A DNA stretch of 58,767 bases, from the IMG/VR virus record IMGVR_UViG_3300036770_002992, positions 1 through 58,767 of that record. One strand, 5' to 3'. The notes beneath the pieces are model-generated. The model saw nothing but the letters and a program-made list of their open reading frames with translations, had not been told where the DNA came from and did not search any database. A program made the position numbers and the translations under genes. This document shows, one piece after another, positions 1-7,045 of the stretch (positions within the stretch are counted from its first letter, which is position 1; each line of letters begins with the position of its first letter). This DNA is from a virus. Its lineage: Duplodnaviria; Caudoviricetes.

Positions 1-13
1 GCAGATTAGACAT

Positions 14-41
14 ATCTCCTGGGCATGAGGTTAAACTGCCC
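14..41 (+). ncRNA. Candidate compact H-type pseudoknot directly upstream of tRNA-Tyr
   Basis: Stem 1 ATCTC(14-18)/GAGGT(27-31); loop GGGCA(21-25) pairs with TGCCC(37-41) after a TAAAC linker; ends 3 nt before the tRNA. Confidence 0.45.
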
Positions 42-44
42 TGA

Positions 45-124
45 GCCTCGCAGCCCCCAAGGTGGGGGAGCGGTCTGTAAAACCGTCGCCATTGGCACGC
101 TTGGTTCGATTCCAAGGCGGGGCA
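45..124 (+). tRNA. tRNA-Tyr(GTA)
   Basis: Acceptor GCCTCGC/GCGGGGC, anticodon arm GCGGT-CTGTAAA-ACCGT, long variable arm GCC-ATT-GGC, T arm CTTGG-TTCGATT-CCAAG, discriminator A; CCA not encoded. Confidence 0.9.
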
Positions 125-152
125 CTTGACAAATCGAATGGGGCGTGCCGGG

Positions 153-172
153 TTTTCCACAAGTTATGCACA
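153..172 (+). promoter_or_regulatory. Pair of DnaA-box-like 9-mers (TTTTCCACA, TTATGCACA)
   Basis: Each is 1 mismatch from TTATCCACA; 2-nt spacing identical to the pair at 694-713. Confidence 0.55.
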
Positions 173-273
173 GGTGTTATTACGAACCCATTAAGAACGA
201 TCACAAAAAAATCACAGAAATTTCCAAGACATTAAATTTTGTTCAATGTCAGACACATATGATAGGATGGGGC

Positions 274-345
274 ATGGAGTTATTACTATGTATTATTATT
301 GGTTTATTATGGCTAGGGCTATTCACTCCACCGCCGAACAATTAG
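274..345 (+). CDS. Possible 23-aa hydrophobic peptide MELLLCIIIGLLWLGLFTPPPNN
   Basis: Single TM-like stretch; TAGGAT -10-like hexamer 5 nt upstream of ATG suggests a leaderless message. Confidence 0.3.
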   Translation: MELLLCIIIGLLWLGLFTPPPNN

Positions 346-365
346 CCAAACTCATATCTTATAGG

Positions 366-424
366 ATGGACAAATCCTAGATTAAATAGTTAATTTGTCC
401 ATGCCGTCCGCGCTACGCGGCGGC
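366..424. repeat. Two adjacent inverted repeats (10-bp ATGGACAAAT/ATTTGTCCAT and a GC-rich hairpin)
   Basis: 366-375 pairs with 393-402; GCCG-T-CCGCG-CTA-CGCGG-CGGC at 403-424 in AT-rich surroundings. Confidence 0.6.
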
Positions 425-693
425 GGTGTAAGGATATCCATACCCCTCATACATGTAATAATACCCTTACATAAACATATCATTATTAACAATATATCTT
501 ACACTTTTGATAAGATTCCGGGCATTTTCTGCCTATTTTTATAACAAATCTATTACGATCCCATCACAAAAAATCACGGAAATTTTTGGCATATTTGCCC
601 ATTTTTATCAAATTAGACATTACGAACGCGCCTAAAAATATCACGGAAATTTCTGGGAATATCATATCTTAAAATTACCTTAGAGACACGAAG

Positions 694-736
694 TTATCCA
701 CAGGTTATACACATATTACGAACGGCCTGTGGATAT
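694..736. promoter_or_regulatory. DnaA-box cluster (TTATCCACA 694-702, TTATACACA 705-713, reverse ATATCCACA 728-736)
   Basis: One perfect TTATCCACA, one matching TTWTNCACA, one reverse box with 1 mismatch. Confidence 0.65.
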
Positions 737-858
737 CTCTCCATATAACATCTAGATAACATTACTTTTCATAAATGCGTACGTTTTACATAACATCAAT
801 GTCTTTTGGTAGAAAATGGGCGGAAGTGGTAGCCTGTGGGAGCCCTTTCCTGACTATT

Positions 859-1050
859 TCAGGCACATAGAGGAATGTTTTTTATAGGTAAATGGACAGG
901 ATAACCCATATGTTTATTTCTATGTCTTATTACTAGTGTTGTTATTATATAGGGGATGGTGAAGGCACTCACTACTGCCGCCGCCAAAATTATTGGCTCA
1001 CTTCTTAGGATACTTTGTCTGGCAGCCATCGCACCATTTCTCCCAGACAT
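859..1050 (-). CDS. Hypothetical small membrane protein
   Basis: 63-aa ORF with one hydrophobic segment; start uncertain. Confidence 0.35.
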   Translation of the reverse strand: MSGRNGAMAARQSILRSEPIILAAAVVSAFTIPYIITTLVIRHRNKHMGYPVHLPIKNIPLCA

Positions 1051-1119
1051 ACTTTCTATCCAGACCCCATTTAATCACACATGAGTATTCATTATGCTTG
1101 GTGGCAGTACAGGTGCTTT

Positions 1120-1245
1120 TCACGCTACCTCATTCTTAGTACTTTCATCAAATGGTTCATCGTCGAACTCAATATCAAAGTCTACTAAAGCGTCAGCAAT
1201 GTAGTCAAGAAAATCTTCAATTCTATTTCTCAAGTAATTCATCAT
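1120..1245 (-). CDS. Small acidic hypothetical protein (41 aa, not in ORF track)
   Basis: MMNYLRNRIEDFLDYIADALVDFDIEFDDEPF..., GAGGAGG SD upstream. Confidence 0.6.
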   Translation of the reverse strand: MMNYLRNRIEDFLDYIADALVDFDIEFDDEPFDESTKNEVA

Positions 1246-1325
1246 TTCTATCCCTCCTCAGACAAATATAGCATATCTCTCCATCCCAGGGAGGTCCGTC
1301 CTCAAAGCAATTGTGTTCTTCTGTA

Positions 1326-1514
1326 TCACATGGTGATGTCATATTTATGCTGCTCCAGCCACCGTTCGACTTTTCTATTCAGGCCCCACCACGACAGGGC
1401 ATACATTCGCTTCATGGGGTGTCCGCAGACCCAATCCCAATCTGGATAGATTTCTGCATATTTCATCCCCATAAATATCGAATGATTCATCCTGTTATAC
1501 GTTACCTTATACAT
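1326..1514 (-). CDS. Hypothetical protein
   Basis: 62-aa ORF on the coding strand with a purine-rich SD-like leader. Confidence 0.55.
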   Translation of the reverse strand: MYKVTYNRMNHSIFMGMKYAEIYPDWDWVCGHPMKRMYALSWWGLNRKVERWLEQHKYDITM

Positions 1515-1575
1515 AATGTTCCTTTGTTATTTCTACTTTCGGCTTTCGATTTTTTGCTGCTGGATGAGTATGTGG

Positions 1576-2292
1576 TTATTCATACTTCTTTCTGCTCCAG
1601 TATCTATCAACATAGTTATTCTTTATAGTGTTTAGGAAGCCCCTATTCAATTGGATTTGATACTCTTCCTCTGAAACATATGAGAAATCTGATTTCCAGT
1701 CCTCCCTTTTAAAGGGTATTACCTGTGCAATCGGAGCCCCCTTCTTTATTACGCCCTCAAAATCAGACCTTATCCAGCAGGGGAAGTTGCTATCGATAAT
1801 GGATTTATCTGTATCCACGATAGCAGACACTACTTGTATTGGCAAGTTGTCATGACCAGACGGGGGTTTTACTAAAACAGAGTACCCTGGTGGTGTATGC
1901 ATTCTAAAATATGTCATATACTTAAATACTATATTGGCAAAGCCTGCTGGTGATGGCATACCCTGGTACGATGATCCATGCACGGTAAATACATGTTGGT
2001 CTACCGTCCAGTTAATAAAAGGTCCGTTCGGTGTTTTCTCAACCAGAACGTCTGCCCATAGAGGAACTATGTAGCCCGATGAAATAGAGTCTAACATAGG
2101 CATACACTTTTTTGCAGTAGCATTCGACCCACCGTTCACTATAGACAATTTATTTCCAGAAGGACATGTCGGGGTAGGTGAATAGTTCGGCATGTTTTTA
2201 TGCCAATCTGGTATGTAATGAGATGCGGGTTTAGGCCTATCGCATACATCATAAGAATATTTGCTCAGGTAGGTAAAATTAATTTTTGGCAT
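1576..2292 (-). CDS. DUF6065-like hypothetical protein
   Basis: KKCMPMLD..GYIVPLW, TPPGYSVL and GAPIAQVIPFKREDW motifs, recognised from aquatic phage proteins. Confidence 0.6.
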   Translation of the reverse strand: MPKINFTYLSKYSYDVCDRPKPASHYIPDWHKNMPNYSPTPTCPSGNKLSIVNGGSNATAKKCMPMLDSISSGYIVPLWADVLVEKTPNGPFINWTVDQHVFTVHGSSYQGMPSPAGFANIVFKYMTYFRMHTPPGYSVLVKPPSGHDNLPIQVVSAIVDTDKSIIDSNFPCWIRSDFEGVIKKGAPIAQVIPFKREDWKSDFSYVSEEEYQIQLNRGFLNTIKNNYVDRYWSRKKYE

Positions 2293-2302
2293 GACCTTAT
2301 TT

Positions 2303-2467
2303 CTATCGATACTTACTACGAAGTGGCGGCTTGATTCCAGCCTTTACACATTGTGCGTAGGCTTGACCATACTTCTTCTCAGAGCCCTCGCCAGCCTTGC
2401 CACCAATCTGTTTTTTTACATCCTTGCTTGCCATTTCTAGATCCCTCAGAAGATCCTCATTGCTCAT
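2303..2467 (-). CDS. Small basic hypothetical protein (54 aa, not in ORF track)
   Basis: MSNEDLLRDLE...EKKYGQAYAQCVKAGIKPPLRSKYR; TAATG coupling to upstream gene. Confidence 0.7.
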   Translation of the reverse strand: MSNEDLLRDLEMASKDVKKQIGGKAGEGSEKKYGQAYAQCVKAGIKPPLRSKYR

Positions 2468-2643
2468 TAGTTTACCTTTCGTGATAGGTGATCATATTTT
2501 TCTATCGCCGCTATTGCGGTCCTAGCCAGGTCGTACCAAGTACGGGCCTCTGATTTATATGCATTCGCTAGTACATTAGCGATATATTCTACCTTATCTA
2601 TGGGCTGTTGTAAATAAATATTAGCCTCATCGTGAATGCTCAT
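2467..2643 (-). CDS. Small hypothetical protein (58 aa, not in ORF track)
   Basis: MSIHDEANIYL...; ATGA overlap with upstream ORF. Confidence 0.65.
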   Translation of the reverse strand: MSIHDEANIYLQQPIDKVEYIANVLANAYKSEARTWYDLARTAIAAIEKYDHLSRKVN

Positions 2644-2837
2644 AATTTTTCCTTAAGTTTTTTAATTAATTCTTGATATGCAAAGCAGTCTTCATGCCTC
2701 CACCATAAATAACATTCGTCATTTGTAGTATTAAGACACATTCTGCTACGAATATCTTCAATTAATCTATTATACACCTCACGTTCAACAGAGGTTGTAT
2801 CCAACTCTTCAGAACATTGCCAGCATCTAATGGTCAT
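2640..2837 (-). CDS. Hypothetical Cys-containing protein
   Basis: CxxC at N-terminus; overlaps neighbouring genes. Confidence 0.6.
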   Translation of the reverse strand: MTIRCWQCSEELDTTSVEREVYNRLIEDIRSRMCLNTTNDECYLWWRHEDCFAYQELIKKLKEKL

Positions 2838-3006
2838 ATTTTTTTTCTAGATAGTCCTTATATGCTGTAATGGCTACTTCTGCATCAAGGAGGGCGATCT
2901 CTGCCCAGTTCTTACCATCGTCACTATTAAGCCATTCTGGATCTGAGTGTGATCTAGGAAACCATGCCTTCATTAAGGCCTCTGCAACATATGTTAAACC
3001 TGGCAT
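2827..3006 (-). CDS. Small hypothetical protein (59 aa, not in ORF track)
   Basis: MPGLTYVAEALMKAWFP...; TAATG coupling. Confidence 0.65.
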   Translation of the reverse strand: MPGLTYVAEALMKAWFPRSHSDPEWLNSDDGKNWAEIALLDAEVAITAYKDYLEKKYDH

Positions 3007-3578
3007 TAGTCTTCCTTAATTCCCCTCACGGAGCGACCAGCCTTTAGATTCGCCATATTAGACAGCGTGTTAGCAACAACTTCAAGGGTGGTGGAGACAT
3101 TAATGTACATATCCGCTGGGTGCCAGGGAGTCTCTGACCCGCCGCCATAGGTATCATTAAAGGCTACACGAAGAATGTCGAAAAACTCATCAGCGGTAAC
3201 ATAGTAGGCCGTCCAGGGACGGTCGCTAGCAGAAAATGTTGACTGAGCCAATTTATTATCCTTCTTAATCTGAATATTGTAGTCATCAAACTGATTCGTT
3301 GTTGTAGTTGATGAACTTGTATAGGTAACCGTAGGTTTCATTTCATTTGCCTTTCTTAGAGTGGGCCAGATAAGTGTGAGATCTTCTACTGCACACCAGG
3401 CTTCTAGTGGACCTCCAGCCCAAATTGGATTATTAAATTTTACCAGAACATCTCGCTCGGGTCCATTATTAATGGATCTACCTGGCTGATATTTCACTAC
3501 TATTCCCCGATTATTTGTTCCAATCGATGGGTTTTTAAAATTTACAATATCTCCTGGCTTTGGGTTATAGTTTGTCAT
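3006..3578 (-). CDS. Hypothetical protein with N-terminal SH3/KOW-like beta domain
   Basis: KPGDIV..GIVV..VLVKF..W....DL pattern. Confidence 0.6.
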   Translation of the reverse strand: MTNYNPKPGDIVNFKNPSIGTNNRGIVVKYQPGRSINNGPERDVLVKFNNPIWAGGPLEAWCAVEDLTLIWPTLRKANEMKPTVTYTSSSTTTTNQFDDYNIQIKKDNKLAQSTFSASDRPWTAYYVTADEFFDILRVAFNDTYGGGSETPWHPADMYINVSTTLEVVANTLSNMANLKAGRSVRGIKED

Positions 3579-4061
3579 TTATTCTCCGTATCCATGGGTC
3601 GTTACAGGCCAGTAGTAAGTGCATTTTCCTGGGCAACAGACATACTCTTGGTATGTCTCATATTCTGCGCGGTACTGTGGGTATAGGTCTGGGGCCTTTT
3701 CATATAGCCGACCACGGTGGGTAGTAAGGACACGATAAAACGTATGGTCGTTAAGCATCCACTCTGGTAACCCCGTGTCTTCGATGCCTTGTGACATGCG
3801 TTCGATCTCATTCCAGTTCTTCTCCCACTTATAGTCCCGCCGCTGCATCTCGTTACGGATGGCGGCTAGATAAGTATATAGTGCATATGGATATCCGTTA
3901 AACATTTTTACGGCGGGGTGATTACGCCAAGCATTAGACTTAGACTCACCAACAAGAATAGTCATAATCTGACGGCCTTCTAGCAATTGCTTGACAAGCC
4001 GCTTAGTGTCTAATTGCTGGGCAGCATCATCAAAATCTGGCTCTGGTAGAAATACCTGCAT
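3579..4061 (-). CDS. Pyrimidine-dimer DNA glycosylase / MSMEG_6728-like protein (DenV-related)
   Basis: MQVFLP..DF...A..LD.KRL.KQ..E..QI, WRNHPAVKM, HR..L..K.P..Y motifs; AGAGGAG SD. Confidence 0.8.
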   Translation of the reverse strand: MQVFLPEPDFDDAAQQLDTKRLVKQLLEGRQIMTILVGESKSNAWRNHPAVKMFNGYPYALYTYLAAIRNEMQRRDYKWEKNWNEIERMSQGIEDTGLPEWMLNDHTFYRVLTTHRGRLYEKAPDLYPQYRAEYETYQEYVCCPGKCTYYWPVTTHGYGE

Positions 4062-4264
4062 TACCAATCTCCTCTTATTTGAGTTAAATTATCTCCATCG
4101 TCAATCCAAATGTCAAGATTTTTTTCCTGCATATAAAACCAGAGGGCTGAATCAATATAGTCCCCAGTCCCGACATTCTTCTCAAACCCGTTTTCTTCCC
4201 ACAGAATATCAAATACCTCTGTTTTTCCAGGTCGTTTTTTTAAAGTAACTTTAGGACGATTCAT
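4061..4264 (-). CDS. Hypothetical protein
   Basis: Likely start MNRPKV at 4264 via TAATG coupling. Confidence 0.55.
   Translation of the reverse strand: MNRPKVTLKKRPGKTEVFDILWEENGFEKNVGTGDYIDSALWFYMQEKNLDIWIDDGDNLTQIRGDW
4088..4116 (-). promoter_or_regulatory. Putative SigA-type promoter for the glycosylase gene (TTGACA-17-GATAAT)
   Basis: Consensus -35, 17-nt spacer, near-consensus -10, embedded in the upstream ORF. Confidence 0.45.
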
Positions 4265-4521
4265 TATTGTTCCAATTCGCATTGCCAACACATCGATGTT
4301 GACCATTCTCCTGCATATCCACATAAAAAGCAATCATTAGTGTAGAATGCTTCCGCCTCTTTATACCCACGCTCATGAGCGGCAGTAATTAGATCGCATT
4401 GACACTCACGCTGGCAGGCGTCGCATAGATAATATCCTGGAGCAGCCTCTAAAATTAGCACATGTGGTCCATTTATACATGTTGTGCTAATTATAGGACA
4501 CAGCGGATCGTGGGTCATCAC
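4264..4521 (-). CDS. Cys-rich HDPLC-motif small protein
   Basis: MTHDPLCP...CxxC...CQCDLI and further C-terminal CxxC pairs. Confidence 0.7.
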   Translation of the reverse strand: MMTHDPLCPIISTTCINGPHVLILEAAPGYYLCDACQRECQCDLITAAHERGYKEAEAFYTNDCFLCGYAGEWSTSMCWQCELEQ

Positions 4522-4619
4522 TTTTTCCTTTCATAACTTAGCAATATTCTATAGGCGACCCACATGATAAGCAGGCCCCAAACTACACCATGAAGAAATG
4601 AATACAAGTGGTCGGGCAT
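4518..4619 (-). CDS. 33-aa membrane peptide (not in ORF track)
   Basis: MPDHLYSFLHGVVWGLLIMWVAYRILLSYERKK; coupled to neighbours at both ends. Confidence 0.55.
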   Translation of the reverse strand: MPDHLYSFLHGVVWGLLIMWVAYRILLSYERKK

Positions 4620-4915
4620 TAGTTACTCCCCCTTATACTTTCTCTCCTCCAACATTTAGAGCATGTTGATCCTAACTGCTCATGCTCTACAAATGAATGA
4701 TCGCAATCTCTTTCTTTAATTAGTTCTTCATCTACGCGGGTAGGAATATAATCTCCCGCCGCCCGATGCTTATCAATATGATTAAGCATCATATCGTAAT
4801 CATATCCTACAATAAAGTTATTTGCGTCGGCCATCCAGCACATGCAACATACTATTCCATAACTTATATCATCATATATATATGCGTCTGCTTCTAAGAA
4901 TCTACAGTAACTCAT
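4619..4915 (-). CDS. Hypothetical protein with putative metal-binding Cys/His
   Basis: MSYCRF...CCMC...H...HR..GD; ATGA overlap. Confidence 0.65.
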   Translation of the reverse strand: MSYCRFLEADAYIYDDISYGIVCCMCWMADANNFIVGYDYDMMLNHIDKHRAAGDYIPTRVDEELIKERDCDHSFVEHEQLGSTCSKCWRRESIRGSN

Positions 4916-5277
4916 GGCAACTCAATTACTGTCATTGGTATCCCAGCCCTCTTTGCTCTATGGAGACAGTCTCTTGTCCCCCGTGATTCTCCTAGGATAA
5001 ATGCTGCACCAAGATCTATGCCTGAATCAACCATTTCCTGATTACGAATCGGACCAGCAGCCTTTCCATGCTTATTCCAGTCTGCCTTGTGAACCTCTAC
5101 AGGCAACCCCTGAAACTCCCAGCAATCCCTCGCAATTTTATCTACACCAGTAGGGCAGTCCCCAACTACTAAAACATCACTTGAATTTCTAAATGAAAGC
5201 CATATATTTTTTAACTGTTGCTTGATGATCTGATCATCTGTCCAATTTCTAGAACCAGTTACTAAAATTCTTGCCAT
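4912..5277 (-). CDS. DUF2493/YspA-like SLOG-family protein
   Basis: ILVTGSRNW, GDCPTGVD, ADW..HGKAAGPIRNQEMVD, SRGTRDC motifs. Confidence 0.85.
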   Translation of the reverse strand: MARILVTGSRNWTDDQIIKQQLKNIWLSFRNSSDVLVVGDCPTGVDKIARDCWEFQGLPVEVHKADWNKHGKAAGPIRNQEMVDSGIDLGAAFILGESRGTRDCLHRAKRAGIPMTVIELP

Positions 5278-5278
5278 A

Positions 5279-5404
5279 TTAATCCTCAAATAAAATTTGA
5301 ACTTTTGGATCGCATGTGCAAGATACGCAACAATTATCCATTCCTATAAGGAAACATCCACGCTCATCAGCGTTGTTACATGGGCATGTGGGTTCATGAG
5401 TCAT
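5279..5404 (-). CDS. 41-aa Cys-rich protein MTHEPTCP...CTCD (not in ORF track)
   Basis: ATGA overlap with upstream gene; shares HxPxC...CxC pattern with neighbours. Confidence 0.55.
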   Translation of the reverse strand: MTHEPTCPCNNADERGCFLIGMDNCCVSCTCDPKVQILFED

Positions 5405-5730
5405 TGCATACCCATTTTAAGCAAAGAAATTGCTTTTATCAAGCCCTTATCGAAACCTCGCCAATATTCAGTATTATCACCGGAAGTATAAAAAGATGCT
5501 ATTTCTTCAATACAGTTCTCCCGCTCATGCTCTTTCCCCATCTTATATCCTTCTTCAAAAGAGTCTTGGTAGGCATGAAATTTATCTGCCATTAAATCAA
5601 ACTGCAGGATTGCTCTTTCGTCTTCCCTAACTTTAGCAATCAATTCACAATAACAAAATGGCGACTGCAATGAATGATCAAACCCGCATTCATCTTTGTT
5701 ATCAAACTCAAAACAAAGTGGATCATGCAT
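5401..5730 (-). CDS. HDPLC-motif protein
   Basis: Likely start MHDPLCF at 5730; CYCELIAKVREDER motif. Confidence 0.7.
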   Translation of the reverse strand: MHDPLCFEFDNKDECGFDHSLQSPFCYCELIAKVREDERAILQFDLMADKFHAYQDSFEEGYKMGKEHERENCIEEIASFYTSGDNTEYWRGFDKGLIKAISLLKMGMQ

Positions 5731-6172
5731 AAATAACTTCCTTGCGTGGGGGGTCACATTCCTTACAGTAGTCAATATCATAAACAAAATAGTCATCAGG
5801 ATCTGTGTGGGAAACGCCATGTGGACAGATTCTTGTCATGATGAATACTTTTCCAATCATTTCAAGACCTTGCTCCCAGCCACGCATTACATGATCTGTT
5901 CTCTTATGCAATGCACAGATAGATCCAACACATGTATCGGGGTGATGGGCAGCGATAATAACATCACTATTCTCAAGTTGTACAGAATGCGGTACATATG
6001 GCTTATCAGTAGATATAAATAGAGTCTCTACATCATTTCCGCCATAACGGAAGTATTCATTACCGCCATCAACCATGGTTTCACCACACAGGCATTGAAC
6101 ATAGTCGTGAACATGGGTAGACTGAAGAACTTCCTGGCAATTGTTGCATTTAACAGCGTTACGAATAATCAC
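5723..6172 (-). CDS. Two-domain putative Zn-binding hypothetical protein
   Basis: IIRNAVKCxxC..L.S.HVHDY..C.CG...VDGG..Y.R domain followed by a H..C....C..H...H....W...RICPHG..H.DPD domain. Confidence 0.7.
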   Translation of the reverse strand: MIIRNAVKCNNCQEVLQSTHVHDYVQCLCGETMVDGGNEYFRYGGNDVETLFISTDKPYVPHSVQLENSDVIIAAHHPDTCVGSICALHKRTDHVMRGWEQGLEMIGKVFIMTRICPHGVSHTDPDDYFVYDIDYCKECDPPRKEVIYA

Positions 6173-6214
6173 GGTGCTGCCACTTCATCTCAAAGTAGTC
6201 ATCAATTCCGTCAT

Positions 6215-6406
6215 TCATAACATCTCCTCATAATCGGGGTGGTCAATTGGTGTAGCAATAGTAAGAAGTGTACCACACATGGCACACTCTCCGTCAAGTA
6301 AATATGAGGCTATATTGTATTCTTCATCTAGATTCACACAAATTTTAATTAGCCAACTACCACAACTAGGACATTCTGGGGTAGGTACTCCCCTAATATC
6401 TAGCAT
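6215..6406 (-). CDS. Zn-ribbon protein
   Basis: DIRGVPT..CPSCGS...ECAMCG...TPID. Confidence 0.7.
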   Translation of the reverse strand: MLDIRGVPTPECPSCGSWLIKICVNLDEEYNIASYLLDGECAMCGTLLTIATPIDHPDYEEML

Positions 6407-6936
6407 TACAACTCCAATATTGTAAACGGGCTTCGTACAGATGGAGAAAATTTTTCAGCCGCCTGTAAGGACAACTTAATTCTAGCAGGCTGAGACTGCA
6501 TTCGTCCAGTAGAATACAAAGATCCTAAGGCAAAGGATGTTCCTGAACCTATTGCATTAAAGTTATTCGCGTCTTCTCCAAAGTGCCAATCATTACAAAA
6601 TTCAAACAGTCTGCCGTTTACCCCTACAAGCAATTCTGATGAGTCATCTTCAGATGACGGATCTATTTTAGACACCTCACAGGCCGATCTTAGGGCATCA
6701 ACAAACGCTGTATTTAAAAACTTGTCTAAATTGTCTGTTTGTAATTTTGGCGGGATGAAGATATGCTCAACGACTTTACCAAATCTAAAACTGCCAGCAT
6801 ATCCAATTAAATAGTTATTTCTAATGAATACTTTGGGCTCTTTTCTAGTAGAAACAAGATTGCCCTCATCTACGGCAGCAGCGTCTCCACCCATATACAC
6901 CTTACCGTTATGAGCAATTGCTGATATGCAGGTCAT
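6406..6936 (-). CDS. HslV/proteasome-beta-like Ntn hydrolase
   Basis: N-terminal M-T-C nucleophile position, GD, conserved K, GYAGS, AIGSG..FALG motifs. Confidence 0.8.
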   Translation of the reverse strand: MTCISAIAHNGKVYMGGDAAAVDEGNLVSTRKEPKVFIRNNYLIGYAGSFRFGKVVEHIFIPPKLQTDNLDKFLNTAFVDALRSACEVSKIDPSSEDDSSELLVGVNGRLFEFCNDWHFGEDANNFNAIGSGTSFALGSLYSTGRMQSQPARIKLSLQAAEKFSPSVRSPFTILEL

Positions 6937-7045
6937 CTTACTCCATACTAATAGGATCTTTTATTTTGAATTCGCCGCTTTTGCTTCATTAGACGCTCAA
7001 TTTCCTCGTCTAAATCTTCTTCTTCATCGTAGTCGTAATTTATGT

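Larger units (their letters stand above)
178..723 (+). repeat. Iteron-like dispersed direct repeats: ATTACGA (x4) and ATCAC(A/G)GAAATTT (x3)
   Basis: TATTACGAAC 178-187 + ATCACAAAAAAATCACAGAAATTT 200-223; TATTACGATC 551-560 + ATCACAAAAAATCACGGAAATTT 563-585; CATTACGAAC 618-627 + AAAAATATCACGGAAATTT 634-652; TATTACGAAC 714-723. Confidence 0.8.

Noticed and set aside
178-723. Dispersed repeats as a mini-CRISPR array
   Set aside because: Repeats are short, degenerate and irregularly spaced; they fit protein-binding sites better.
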